Shown here piece after piece: positions 9,401-19,000 of a DNA stretch of 26,854 bases; the first letter of the stretch is position 1; each line of letters starts with the position of its first letter. This DNA comes from Myxococcota bacterium (GTDB lineage Bacteria; Myxococcota_A; UBA796; GCA-2862545). A program made the position numbers and the translations under genes. The notes beneath the pieces were generated by a model. It searched no databases, was not told the DNA's origin, and saw only the letters and a program-made list of their open reading frames with translations. The DNA lies in NCBI GenBank assembly GCA_039208735.1, contig JBCCQY010000125.1:1-26854 (forward strand). The letters are read 5' to 3'.

Positions 9401-9604
9401 GTCAACGGCGCGCGAGCGCACCGTGCTTGCGTAGCCGAGCACCTCGGTGAGCAAGACCTCGCGAGACACGTCTTCGTGGGGGTGCGCGGCGAGGTAGCCG
9501 AGGAGCGCACACTCCTGGGGGGTCAACTCGCGAGCTTCTCCATCGGAACGTTCCAGGCGGCCGAATTCGAGGTCCAGCCGTCCGATGGCGAGATCGAGAA
9601 TCAC
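6491..9604 (-). CDS. STAND-class ATPase/TPR transcriptional regulator with two tandem OmpR/PhoB-type winged-helix domains
   Basis: Two Trans_reg_C-like units (LTPQECALLGYL...VDDAMKRLRAKIE...VRGVGYRF; LTDHEGRLLELL...VDKLVYRLRAKIE...IRGRGL), Walker A GPAGAGKS, Walker B LVLDHAE, VTSR, NPLALDLAA, then TPR-like helices. GTG 9604 chosen as start; the track start is 9658. Confidence 0.88.
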   Translation of the reverse strand: MILDLAIGRLDLEFGRLERSDGEARELTPQECALLGYLAAHPHEDVSREVLLTEVLGYASTVRSRAVDDAMKRLRAKIERVPSRPFHLVGVRGVGYRFVPLETAPSSRRIRLGSNTVDLDRLIVEREGAASLTLTDHEGRLLELLYAREGRPLPTIDLLREVWGIHDAQQRRVVDKLVYRLRAKIEEGGSPRYLRTIRGRGLALVVEARTASSGTPCPPPDGPVVGRDRVIRSVLDHLERSEALVTLHGPAGAGKSTVARAVAQAWPGRACYANLEVFGRSPTTVAASLARAIGVDASPEGPSERLHAALRDGDDLLLVLDHAEGAIDAVAQVLYELFGAAPGARVLVTSRRPTGLALERIVTIDRLEPSAAIGLFVTRAAAAGVPLDAEDERIPQIVEEVDRNPLALDLAAGRLRLLGINGLVARLDRPLDVLRDESDGLRQAIGRTWTALSIADQQRLAALSLLPGTFSADAAEMVTAGLVEGPALDSLQRLVDFAVLRRTADGRLTPFLGISEFVAEVLHDDVEALRRSVGEAHRSYLATLSASTPPFWGPSPRRVAALAHEVPSALAVLEAPDLSVDLRVRILLWLAPVLSMRGLASQGRSLLRRTKGLDDLDDTLRSRFALARMRSLLSTSGSPLDEAAQAAISVSRDAHDPDIEGIALGEWIRHTVDAAPRGQLAPRLARAEALLERVPNALAEAHLRSATGWVAFRRGDLDGAWAELQEAASLARLAQAPWLESRIHYNLAGICRVEGRLAEAEAFLERHRTAYHLAEVPFDSTDPDDMLGLIRLEQGRFTEARTLHEGILKRSRRKGNRSSSATQANRLGTIAGYLGDMDAARRWFELARSGFVALRERAQAEGARYNLGETALQLGRWNEAEAAFQQALEGFQQMGRAVHEGIARGALGRVALARGDHATAEAHLRQALALVESGRAARQSAELQSCLAQALIPTDPEGAVRLARQAVDALHALGQTTTLGCALCRWGLASLAKQDATSAEDALMQARTLMEALPMGSGGELRGLVHTLETSRSEPPA

Positions 9605-9713
9605 GATACCGTTTAGCCCACCCGGACCAAGGAAGACGACTGCCACACGCCGGGACACTGCGGAGAGGTGGGTCTGCGTACGTCAGGAGCACCCCCAAAT
9701 CGGAGGTCCCCCC

Positions 9714-10679
9714 ATGCGCACGACCCTTGCTTCCCTTGTCCTCTTCCTTGTCACCGCCTGCGGCGCCTCGAATGACGGCAACCCAACCGATGGAGGCGAG
9801 TCGGACCTTATCGCGCCGTCCATCGTGGCCACCAGTCCCGCGACCGACGATCGAGGGGTTGAGCCCACGGCTGTGGTGACCATCACCTTCAGCGAGCCCA
9901 TGGATCCGAAGGTCACCGAAGACAACCTCGACCTGACGGACTTCCCCGCCGCCTCGCTCTCCTGGAGCGATGACCAGACAACCTTGACCATCACGCCCGA
10001 CGAACCGTTCGAGGTGGTCGTGACTGACCCCGTGTCCGATGCCCCGCCCGCAAACCATCGCGTGATTGTGGGGGCGGATGCCGCTGACCTCGCAGGGAAT
10101 CCTCTGGGCCAGGTGACCGAGGTGGACTTCACTGTCATTCGTGAGTTCTCTGTCGTCTTTTTCGCAATTGATGCGATGACGCGCACCATCACGCCGCAGC
10201 TCGTCGAGTTCGAGATCGACCAGCCGCTCGTGGTTGGCGACAATGCGTCGGATGAGGGGTACCGGACCGCAATCACCTACGGTCTTGCGCTCCCTGACGA
10301 TGCAGACCCTATCCTTGCCGCGACCTTTCACGGGACCCAGCTACCCGACGATCGTCAGGGCGATGCGTATGCCGAACTCGGATCGCTGACGCTCGATCAC
10401 GTCACGTTCGGCGAGCTTCTTGGTGAAAACAACATCAATGCCGCGTTCAACTCGAGCCAGGTTGCCCACTCGAGTTTGTCGGATGTGATCACCGACGAAC
10501 TCGTAGAGGATTTCGAGGTGGACGTGACAGACCAAGTCCAAGACGACGTCACCAACGGACGCTCGGAGTCGCAGTACCTCCTCTACTTCGATGGCTTTAC
10601 CGATCTGATGGGGGATTCCGACCGGGCCGTGTTCGAACGGGGCGGATTTGAGCTCGAGGTTCGCTACAACGCTCCTTGA
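9714..10679 (+). CDS. Lipoprotein with bacterial Ig-like (Big_5/SbsA-type) domain
   Basis: GGAGG then ATG 9714; lipobox LVTAC; APSIVATSPA...VTITFSEPMDP...DLAGNPL is the Big_5 pattern; the acidic C-terminal domain is of unknown function. Confidence 0.88.
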   Translation: MRTTLASLVLFLVTACGASNDGNPTDGGESDLIAPSIVATSPATDDRGVEPTAVVTITFSEPMDPKVTEDNLDLTDFPAASLSWSDDQTTLTITPDEPFEVVVTDPVSDAPPANHRVIVGADAADLAGNPLGQVTEVDFTVIREFSVVFFAIDAMTRTITPQLVEFEIDQPLVVGDNASDEGYRTAITYGLALPDDADPILAATFHGTQLPDDRQGDAYAELGSLTLDHVTFGELLGENNINAAFNSSQVAHSSLSDVITDELVEDFEVDVTDQVQDDVTNGRSESQYLLYFDGFTDLMGDSDRAVFERGGFELEVRYNAP

Positions 10680-10715
10680 TGCGGTGTCGTTGTCGACGAT
10701 GGTATAGGTGCGCCC

Positions 10716-11507
10716 ATGGACATTCGCGATCACCACCAGCGGGCCATCGACCGATTGGTCGACGCTTATCGTGATGACCCCGCATTTCGCGCGGTGATCA
10801 TCGGCGGATCGGTCGCGAAGGGGTTCGCCCGTGAGGATTCCGACGTCGACTTCCTCATCGTGGCCACCGACGATGCGTTCGAGCAACGGCGGGCCCAACG
10901 CAACTTCTTCATCAACCGACAGGACCTCTGCGACTATGCGGGTGGCTACGTCGACGGCAAGGTCATCAACCTGGCCTTCCTGCATGAGGTGGCTCTCAAG
11001 GGCAACGAACCGTCGCGTGCGGCGTTCGAGGGAGCCTTTGCGGCCTACTCCCATATTCCCGGCCTCGACGAGCTTCTCGCGCGCATTCCCGTCTACCCGG
11101 AGTCGGGGCACGAAGCGCGCATTCGAGCGTTCTACAGCATGGCGTTCATTCAGGACTGGCTCATCCACGAAGCGGAGCGCCACGGCAACCGCTACACCGT
11201 GCTCCGGGCGGCCAGTCAGCTCGCCCTGTTCACCGGAAGGTTGTTCCTGGCCCACAACCGCAGGCTGTTTCCGTACCACAAGTGGTTGCCCAAGACGCTT
11301 GAGCGGGTGTCCGACAAACCCGATGATCTGATGGCCCGGTTTTACGCCCTCGTGGAGGAGCCGAGCGGGAAACATGCAGAGGCTCTCTTTGGATGCGTTC
11401 GAGATTTTCGGGATTGGGGCGTGTCCGACCTGGATGCCTACACCTGGTTCATGACGGACGTGGAGTGGAGCTGGAGGTCGGACCGCACCCCGATCGAAGA
11501 TTGGTGA
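10716..11507 (+). CDS. Pol-beta superfamily nucleotidyltransferase domain protein
   Basis: IIGGSVAKGFAREDSDVDFLIV matches the hG[GS]...DxD signature; helical C-terminal region containing FPYHKWL. Confidence 0.88.
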   Translation: MDIRDHHQRAIDRLVDAYRDDPAFRAVIIGGSVAKGFAREDSDVDFLIVATDDAFEQRRAQRNFFINRQDLCDYAGGYVDGKVINLAFLHEVALKGNEPSRAAFEGAFAAYSHIPGLDELLARIPVYPESGHEARIRAFYSMAFIQDWLIHEAERHGNRYTVLRAASQLALFTGRLFLAHNRRLFPYHKWLPKTLERVSDKPDDLMARFYALVEEPSGKHAEALFGCVRDFRDWGVSDLDAYTWFMTDVEWSWRSDRTPIEDW

Positions 11508-11508
11508 T

Positions 11509-11808
11509 TTAGGCGTTCCATCGAGCGTAGTGCGGGAAATCGACTGAGGTGCAGAGTCTGATCATTCGGTGCCAAATCGCGGCGACCTCTGGGATGTCAC
11601 CGGGTGTTTGGTCTAGATTGGGCCGCCAATCAAAGATCTCGACAAACGTCACTCCCTCATCGGTCTGTTGCCGGTAGATGCGCGGGGGGGCAGTGTCGAG
11701 CAGGTCGTGACGCCGTAAGACGGCCTCATGCTCCGGGAAGAGTTCGACGAACGCTTCCTCATTGGCGGGATCCAAGCGGTAGGTTGCAAACACGGTGAGG
11801 TTCGTCAT
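11509..11808 (-). CDS. Small hypothetical protein, probable dimeric alpha-beta barrel (ABM-like) fold (99 aa)
   Basis: ATG 11808 follows AGGGA; VFATYRLDPANEEAFVELFPEH...TFVEIFDW...PEVAAIW pattern resembles ABM-like barrels. Confidence 0.7.
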   Translation of the reverse strand: MTNLTVFATYRLDPANEEAFVELFPEHEAVLRRHDLLDTAPPRIYRQQTDEGVTFVEIFDWRPNLDQTPGDIPEVAAIWHRMIRLCTSVDFPHYARWNA

Positions 11809-11873
11809 TGTGTCCCTGTGGCAAGGTTTGTCTGATGGAAACCGTAGCTTACAACCCTGATGAGCACCGCTGG

Positions 11874-12686
11874 TCAACGATTCCGGTCAAACACCAACGA
11901 CACCGACAATGCCAGATCGTTCGGGTCGCCACGCACCACCTCATCACCATCGTCGTACGTCTGTAGCGGCGTCCAAAGTACGGCCGTCTCGAGAAAGAGG
12001 GGGCCAGAAATTGCCGTGCGAGCCCCGAGGTGCAGTCGTCCTTCCTGGCGAACGCGATAGCGTCGTTTGGCCTCCGCATCTGCCGACCAGATCGACCATT
12101 CCCAGTGGGCCGCAGAGAACAGCTCAAACCCTGGTGAAGCGCGCATGGCCAGTTCGGCGTAGCGCGGGAGCAGCAGGTCGAACCGCCATCGCCCACTGCG
12201 CCAGAAACCGCCGACCACGGGAAGCGGCGCGACTCCGAACCCCTGATGCGTGTAAAGGAGGGCGGCCGACAACCCACCTCGGGGGCCGGCGGTCCACGTG
12301 AAGCCCGCGCGCAAGTTGGGGTAGAGGGAACCGACGCCACCGAGGGTTCGGTCGGCCCAAACCACTCGAGCATCGAAGTCCAGCGCGACGCGAGGCGAGA
12401 TTCGAGTGGACCAGGGCACGCCTACCTCGACGCGGTAGAGGTCCTGCAAACCCTGGGCTCCCATGATTCGATCCTGGCGAACCTGGCCGATGAACGCTCC
12501 CGTTGTGCTCGTTCCGATAGTGAACGGGACGGCGGGAGATGCCGCCAAAGTGCGACGCGTGACGCTGCCCGAAGGGCGCTCATCGATCCGAGCCACCTCC
12601 TGGAACGGGAACGGCGTAAGGGTCAGTGGATCCGGAATCGGCGCCGATGCTTCCACGGTTGCCGCCAAAAAAAGAGGGATGAGCAT
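11874..12686 (-). CDS. Outer-membrane beta-barrel protein (DUF6268-like)
   Basis: GGAGG then ATG 12686; short signal peptide; amphipathic strands; PLPVVGGFWRSGRWRFDLLLPRYAEL motif. The family name is recalled from motif resemblance only. Confidence 0.72.
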   Translation of the reverse strand: MLIPLFLAATVEASAPIPDPLTLTPFPFQEVARIDERPSGSVTRRTLAASPAVPFTIGTSTTGAFIGQVRQDRIMGAQGLQDLYRVEVGVPWSTRISPRVALDFDARVVWADRTLGGVGSLYPNLRAGFTWTAGPRGGLSAALLYTHQGFGVAPLPVVGGFWRSGRWRFDLLLPRYAELAMRASPGFELFSAAHWEWSIWSADAEAKRRYRVRQEGRLHLGARTAISGPLFLETAVLWTPLQTYDDGDEVVRGDPNDLALSVSLVFDRNR

Positions 12687-12700
12687 GGGAACCTCCGTCA

Positions 12701-12756
12701 GATTGACGATGTCAATCATGGGTGAGGGATATCTCTATGATTGACGATGTCAATCA
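12701..12756. promoter_or_regulatory. Two identical palindromic operator-like sites, GATTGAC-GAT-GTCAATC(A)
   Basis: The exact 18-mer GATTGACGATGTCAATCA occurs at 12701-12718 and 12739-12756 (38-bp period), immediately upstream of the RBS of the beta-barrel gene. Each copy is a 7-3-7 inverted repeat. Confidence 0.85.
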
Positions 12757-13125
12757 AAAGGCCGAGATTCATGAAAGATTAGGTTTAACGTTTATTTCGC
12801 GGCGGCGGACTTCGTCGCTACGTTGGAGGCTTAGTCATTCCACCCGATCGAGTTCAGGAACCTCGTCTTCCACGCGTGGGGTCTCGTCTCATTGTATGGA
12901 GTGTTCATTCATTGCGCAGGCCCGCTCCAGAGGCTGGCCATTACCGGTGGGTGAGCCAGAGGCCCTCTCCATCGACACACCGAAGGGGGCCGATTCGTTC
13001 AGCAGGGCTGGGCCAGCGAAATTCGTGATGTCATTCTGGACGTTGACGGCGCACTGGGAGGCGTTCTTCCCTAACGCTGGGCCTCGCTATGGTACCGTCT
13101 GCGGCAATAATCGCGGAGGGACGTC

Positions 13126-15534
13126 ATGGTCGTTTTGCTCATCGCCGCAGAGTTCATATCCACGGCCTACGGGCAATGTGCGGCGACAGTAAACCGGGAC
13201 TTGAACTGCAATGGGGTTGCCGAGGCGGATGAGTTGCCCGTCGACCTGGCGGATCCGGAATGCGCGTCGAACCTGGATTCACAGAACGTTCCCTTCCAGA
13301 ATCGAGACCACTACTATGATTACGCGTCGTACGGCTGTGCGATTCTGCTGGAGGAAGCTCAATACGATCCCGACGGCGACGGTTTCGGTTCAGGGTTGAT
13401 CGTCCTTCCGCCCAATAGCCCTTCGCCCACCCAGATCTTCCTCTTGGAGTGTGACCTCTGCCCTCAGACGGCCAATCCGCTGCAGCAAGATCTCGATTGT
13501 GACGCCGTCGGCGATGAGTGCGACAACTGCCCCGCGATCCCCAATGTCGGCCAAGTCGATCTCGATGCCGATGGTCTGGGTGATGAATGCGATTCCTGCC
13601 CTTTCCTGCAGCAAGCATCCGATGCGGATGACGACGGCGATGCCGTGGGCGATGAGTGCGACAACTGCCTTGGGGTTGCCAACCCAGACCAACAGGACCT
13701 CGATGCCGATGGTCGAGGAGACGCCTGCGACATGTGCCCCGAGGTCTTCGAGGAAAGCCCAAGCGATCGTGATGGCGATGGGATCGGTGATGCCTGCGAC
13801 CTTTGCCCCGGCACCGACAACCCCGACCAGCTCGACACCGATGGGGATTCGTGGGGAGATGCTTGCGACAACTGCCCAATGGTGGCCGATCCGACGCTTC
13901 TCGACTCGGACGACGACGGCATCGGCAATGTGTGTGACTCCTGCCCCTTCCAAGGCGACCCCAAGGACCTCGACACCGATGCAGACTTGGTGGGCGATGC
14001 CTGTGATGTCTGTCCGGAAGTCGCCGACGACCAGGCCGACCTCGATCTCGACGGGGTCGGTGATGCTTGTGACAACTGTCCCCTCGCTCAGAACCCCGAT
14101 CAGGCGGACGTTGATTCAGACGGTCTGGGTGACCTTTGCGACAATTGCGCGTGGATTCGCAATGCGGGCCAGCAAGACACGGATGGGGATGGCATTGGGG
14201 ATGCCTGCGTACCCGTGGCGTTGCCGGCCGCACCGTCTCCAGCGGGGTGTGGTTGCACGGCAAGTCCAAATCCCCTGGGCTTCGGCGGAGTGGGGTTGCT
14301 CCTCTTGAGTGGTCTGATCGGACTGCGACGACGTCGCATGGTCGCGATGGGACTCGTCTTCGGTGGGATGGCCCTGATGCCGTCGATGGCCCAGGCCCAA
14401 TGCGCGGCCACGGCGACCCGAGACGTGAACTGCAACGGCATCGATGCGGCCAATGAAGCGAGCGTCGACTTGCAAGATCCGGTGTGTGCCGCGAACAGCA
14501 CCCTGACCTCGGTGGATGACTACTTCGACTACGGGTCGTGGGGGTGTGCGTTTCCTGTCGATGATCCCGACCAGGATGGCTTTGGTGAGGGCATCTTGCT
14601 GCTCCCTGGGGGTGGGGTGGTCCTGTTCGAGTGCGACACCTGTCCCGGCCTCGCAAACCCAGATCACCTCGACGAGGACTGCGATGGGGTGGGCGATAGC
14701 TGCGACAATTGCGTGTTGACCCCCAACGCAAACCAGCTGGACCAAGATGGTGACCTAATTGGAGATGAGTGCGACGAGTGCGTGTTCGACGCGGGACCCC
14801 AGGGAGATTCCGACAACGACGGCGTTGGGGATGGGTGTGACAACTGCCCGTTGGTGCCCAATCCGCTGGCCTCCGACACGGACGGCGACCGCATTGGGGA
14901 TGCTTGCGACAATTGCATCGTCACCTTCAACCCTGATCAAGGCGATCTCGATGAAGATGGCATGGGCGACGTATGCGACCTGTGCCCCGCCCTCGAAGAC
15001 ACCATTCAAGTCGACACGGACGTCGACGGCGTTGGCGATGCATGCGATGTATGCCCGGACGCGCTCGACGATCAAGCCAATTCGGATGCCGACGTGCTTG
15101 GCGATGCTTGCGATAACTGTGCGTTTGTATCGAATGCCGACCAGGCCGACCGTGATGGCGATGGAGTCGGGGACGCCTGCGACGTGTGCCCCGACCAAAC
15201 CGACCTGCAGGTCGATGCTGAGGGCGATGGCATCGGGGACCCCTGTGACAACTGCCCAACCGTGGTGAATCCTGACCAAGCGGACGTCGATGGCGATGGT
15301 ATCGGTGACCTCTGTGACAACTGTCTGGTCGTTCCAAACCCCAGTCAGGCCGACCTGGAGGGCGATGGCATCGGCGATGCGTGTGTTTTGGTTCCGCAAG
15401 CGCCTGTGGTGACGGTCAGCGGTTGCTCGAGCACAGGAATGCTGCCGATGGGAGGGCTTACTTGCCTGGGCCTCGTGGCATTCCTGCGTCGACGGAAGGT
15501 GGCCCTCGGTTTGACGGGTCACCCCACCAAGTAG
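13126..15534 (+). CDS. Thrombospondin type 3 repeat surface protein made of two complete tandem modules, each ending in a MYXO-CTERM-like signal
   Basis: GGAGG RBS; signal peptide ending AYG|QCAAT; 11 DxDxDxxGDxC repeats; GCGC-TM-RRRR; second signal ending AQA|QCAAT; 11 more repeats; GCSS-TM-RRRK. Confidence 0.93.
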   Translation: MVVLLIAAEFISTAYGQCAATVNRDLNCNGVAEADELPVDLADPECASNLDSQNVPFQNRDHYYDYASYGCAILLEEAQYDPDGDGFGSGLIVLPPNSPSPTQIFLLECDLCPQTANPLQQDLDCDAVGDECDNCPAIPNVGQVDLDADGLGDECDSCPFLQQASDADDDGDAVGDECDNCLGVANPDQQDLDADGRGDACDMCPEVFEESPSDRDGDGIGDACDLCPGTDNPDQLDTDGDSWGDACDNCPMVADPTLLDSDDDGIGNVCDSCPFQGDPKDLDTDADLVGDACDVCPEVADDQADLDLDGVGDACDNCPLAQNPDQADVDSDGLGDLCDNCAWIRNAGQQDTDGDGIGDACVPVALPAAPSPAGCGCTASPNPLGFGGVGLLLLSGLIGLRRRRMVAMGLVFGGMALMPSMAQAQCAATATRDVNCNGIDAANEASVDLQDPVCAANSTLTSVDDYFDYGSWGCAFPVDDPDQDGFGEGILLLPGGGVVLFECDTCPGLANPDHLDEDCDGVGDSCDNCVLTPNANQLDQDGDLIGDECDECVFDAGPQGDSDNDGVGDGCDNCPLVPNPLASDTDGDRIGDACDNCIVTFNPDQGDLDEDGMGDVCDLCPALEDTIQVDTDVDGVGDACDVCPDALDDQANSDADVLGDACDNCAFVSNADQADRDGDGVGDACDVCPDQTDLQVDAEGDGIGDPCDNCPTVVNPDQADVDGDGIGDLCDNCLVVPNPSQADLEGDGIGDACVLVPQAPVVTVSGCSSTGMLPMGGLTCLGLVAFLRRRKVALGLTGHPTK
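14245..14397 (+). other. Internal MYXO-CTERM-like anchor fused to a second signal peptide
   Basis: Reads [51 protein letters not shown] in frame, with no stop codon and no obvious RBS before ATG 14338. Confidence 0.8.
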
Positions 15535-16022
15535 TCAGCGAGGTAGACCGCCGCGAAGCGCCAGTTGCGTTCGACGGTGCGCGTCGACACGTCCAGCACC
15601 TCCGCGATGTCCTCGTGGGTCATGCCGCCAAAGATGCGCATGAGCGCAACCTCGGAGGCCCGTACATTGATGGATTGGAGCGCGTCGAGCGCCCGGTCGA
15701 CGTTCATCGCATCGAGGACGACGTCGGGGTTTCCGGGCAGGCCACTTAATGTGACCCGCTGCAGGTCTCCGCCCCGCTTTAGGGCGCCGATGTGCCTTGC
15801 TCGGTCGACCAAGAGTTGGCGCATCGCACGAGCTGCCGTGGCCATGAAGTGAGCTTGAGACTTGTATTTCGATGAGGAGCGCGCGAGCTTCAGCCAGGCC
15901 TCGTGGATGAGCACCGTCGGTTGCAGCGTGGCGTGGCCGAACCCGTGGCGCGCGTAGATCCGCGTAGCCATCTCGTGGAGCTGGGCGTAAATCGCTTCGT
16001 TGAGGGGGGCGGGTTCGGGCAT
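15519..16022 (-). CDS. ECF sigma-70 factor, TIGR02999-type (Ser/Thr kinase-associated)
   Basis: [36 protein letters not shown]...KRGG, region 4 [22 protein letters not shown]. The start may be at 16022, 16031 or 16034. Confidence 0.93.
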   Translation of the reverse strand: MPEPAPLNEAIYAQLHEMATRIYARHGFGHATLQPTVLIHEAWLKLARSSSKYKSQAHFMATAARAMRQLLVDRARHIGALKRGGDLQRVTLSGLPGNPDVVLDAMNVDRALDALQSINVRASEVALMRIFGGMTHEDIAEVLDVSTRTVERNWRFAAVYLADYLVG

Positions 16023-16045
16023 GGGGCTCACCAAGCTCCGCCCCT

Positions 16046-19000
16046 CTATCGCGGCTTGTCGCCCGAAGCGTCGCGCTGAAGCCGCTGCGCAACCCTTTGG
16101 AGCTTCACGATGACTTCCGCATGGGACTCAAGGGCCATGCCTGCGATGGTTCGGCGCGCGTCGTCCATGGCCATGTGAGCTCGCTCTGAGGCACCTCTTT
16201 GGGCTTCGAAGAGGGCCCGGTCGCAGAGCAGCAACGCCAACTCGTAGCGGTCTTGGGCCTCGCGAACGATTCGTTCGGCCTCGTCGAGTTCGGCACGCCC
16301 TGCCTCCGCGTTGTCGAGGCACCGGGCGCGCAACGCCATCAGTCGTCCGAGGGGGATGGGGTCGTTCAACGCGCGGGCGGTATCCAACCCGCTGTCGTAG
16401 ATTGCACGGGCTTCCTCGACGTTGCCACGGGCATCGCATAGCTCGCCCAGGTAGGCGTGGATCCAAGGTTTCTTGGCATGACGGGTATCGACGAGGGAGG
16501 TCTCGAAAGCGTCCCTTAGGAACGGTTCGGCTTCGTCGAGTCGCCCGTCCATCACCAGCAGGTGCCCGAGTTCGGTGCGAGCATTCTGCAAGGAAAGCAT
16601 GTGTTGCCGAGCCTCGGCGAGTTCCACGGCCCGGCGAAGCTGGGGCTCGGCCTCCGCCCGTTGGCCCCTGCGGTGCAGCACGTAGCCGAGAAAGGCCACC
16701 AGATGCACCTCGTTATCGAGACCCCCGACTTCAGCGGCGAGCCGGAGCGCGCCACGGATGCGTTCGATGGCTACGGGGTAGTCCCCTTGGGATTCGGCGA
16801 CGGTGGCCAATCCGATGGTCCAGTTCGCGACGGACATGGCATCGTCATTGTCGTGCGCGTGCTGAACTGCGGATTCGTAGCACTGCCGAGCCTCGGAGAG
16901 CCTTCGTTGGCGGAAGCGAAGGTTGCCCAGCATGCCGTACAGGTAGGACAGAAACCGTGGGCGTCCCCCCGTCTTCGACAGCGCAACGGCCTCACTGAAA
17001 CGCTGCTCCGCTTGTTCATGCTGACCTCTTGCCAACGCCAGGCGGGCCAGGCGGAGGACGGGAACGAGCACCACGTGGGCCCGTCCATCGCGGCGCGCGG
17101 CTTCCTCGGACTCGGTAAACAGCCGCTCCACTTCGTCCCAACGTCCTTGATCGGCCGCGTGTTCTCCGAGGTAGCCGAGGTTGGAGGACAACTCATCGTG
17201 GAGTCCCGCGGTTCGAGCCAGTTCGATCGCCTCGAGGTGCGCTTGCGCGGCGACACCCGCCGACTCGATGCGGTTGAGGAGTCGGCCCTTCTCGCGAAGG
17301 AGGGGCGCTCGAAGATGCGGTTGTTGTATGACGGGTAGGATCTCGTCGAGAAGCTCGATTCCGGAACGCGCCGGACCACGCATGTAGAAGATGTCGCTTG
17401 CGCGGACGCCGGTTCCCGAGGCGATGGAGGTCTCACCTCGCCGTGCGGCCCGACGCGCAGCCGCGATGAGGTTTTCATGTTCGAGATTAAACGCGCGTTC
17501 GGAGCGCTCCGACGTCGCGAAGGTGTGGAACCAGGTGCCGTGGCGCCGTTCGGCCTTCGTGGGATCCGCGAGTTGCGCGGCAGCAAAGGCCTGAACGCTC
17601 ACCAGCATTCGCAACCGTCCTTCCTCATGGCGCAGCAGTCCTTTGCTGATGAGTTCGGCGAGGACGTCCTCGACCCAGCCCGTGGTTGCGCCGAGGTCCA
17701 CGACACCTTGGGCCGCCTCAACGGTGAACCCATCTTCGAACACCGAAAGCTGAGCGAGCACCGAGCGCTGGAGCGGCGTGAGGAGTTCCCAGCTCCACTG
17801 CAACGTGGCCCACAAGGTGCGGTGACGTTCGGGAAGGTCGTTCGCCGCGGTCCGCAGTACGTCAAAGCGTCGGCTCATCCGGTCGAGCAACGCGCGAGGT
17901 GACAACAGGCGGCTTCGCGCGGCGGCAAGCTCGATGGCGAGCGGCAGCCGATCCAGGAGATGGACGAGCTTGACGAGGTGGGCGCGGTGTTCGTCTGGCG
18001 AGAACCGATGGTTGACCTCGCGAGCTCGTTCCGCGAAGAGCTGGAGTGCCTCGCTCTCCGGGAGCAGATCCAGCGGGCAATGCTGCTCGCCGTAAAGCTG
18101 CAAAGGCGTTCGACTCGTCACGAGCACGCGCAGCGTAGGGACGAGGTCAAGCCAGTGCCCAACCGTCTCGGCTGCATGGTCGACGATCTGCTCGAAGTTG
18201 TCCAAGATGAGGAGCATCGGACCCAGCGATCGAAGGGCTTCGACCACCTGCGCATCCGGATCCCGACCCCGGGGAACGCCCAACGCATCGGCCGTCGCCG
18301 AGCGGATGCCTTCTGCCGAGTGGGTGTCCGCGAGTGGCACCAGACGGACACCGCCTGCCCACTCGCCATGAAGCTGTCGACCGAGTTCGATGGCGAGCCG
18401 GGTCTTGCCGAGGCCTCCAATGCCCAGGAGCGTGACGAGTCGGTGGCTGCGCAGCCGTGTGGCAACGTCGGTCAGCGCCCCACGGCGGCCGATGAAACGA
18501 TTTCTTGGGGTGGGCAACGTCAGCGGGTTGGGGTTCGGCGACGATGGGATGGGCTCCTCGCCGATGAGCACGCCGTTGGGGGCTTCCCAACGGGTTCGCA
18601 GGGCTACACAGCTCGACGGTCGATCGTCGGGTCGTAGCCGAAGACCCGCATCGATCGCCGCTCGCCAACGCAGGGGCAGGGACTCAGGGAGTTGAGGCCG
18701 TCGCCCTTCGAGGATGGCGGTCAGCGTTTCCCCGTTGTCGGCGCCCTCGAACGCTCCGCGACCCGTCACCATGCGGTACAGCAGGCAGCTGACGGCCCAG
18801 ATATCGACGCGATGATCCACAGCCCGGACCTGGCGAATCTGCTCAGGGGCCATGTAGGCAAGGGTGCCGACCCAGGCTCCGGTTTGGGTGAGCCGCGCGT
18901 TGGGGCTCCGACCATCGATGGCCTGCGCAATGCCAAAGTCCGCGATTTTAGGCACGTACCGCGTCCCCTCACGGGCTAACAGCACGTTGCTGGGCTTGAT

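Noticed and set aside
12722..13192. 156-aa plus-strand ORF as the missing regulator
   Set aside because: Ser/Arg-rich, no HTH pattern, starts within the operator and overlaps the next gene out of frame.
13480..15390. Periodic nucleotide repeats suggesting a CRISPR array or a diversity-generating retroelement template/variable pair
   Set aside because: The repeats are degenerate, codon-phased TSP3 units within one ORF; there are no identical repeats with spacers, no adenine-specific differences, and no cas or reverse transcriptase gene in the window.
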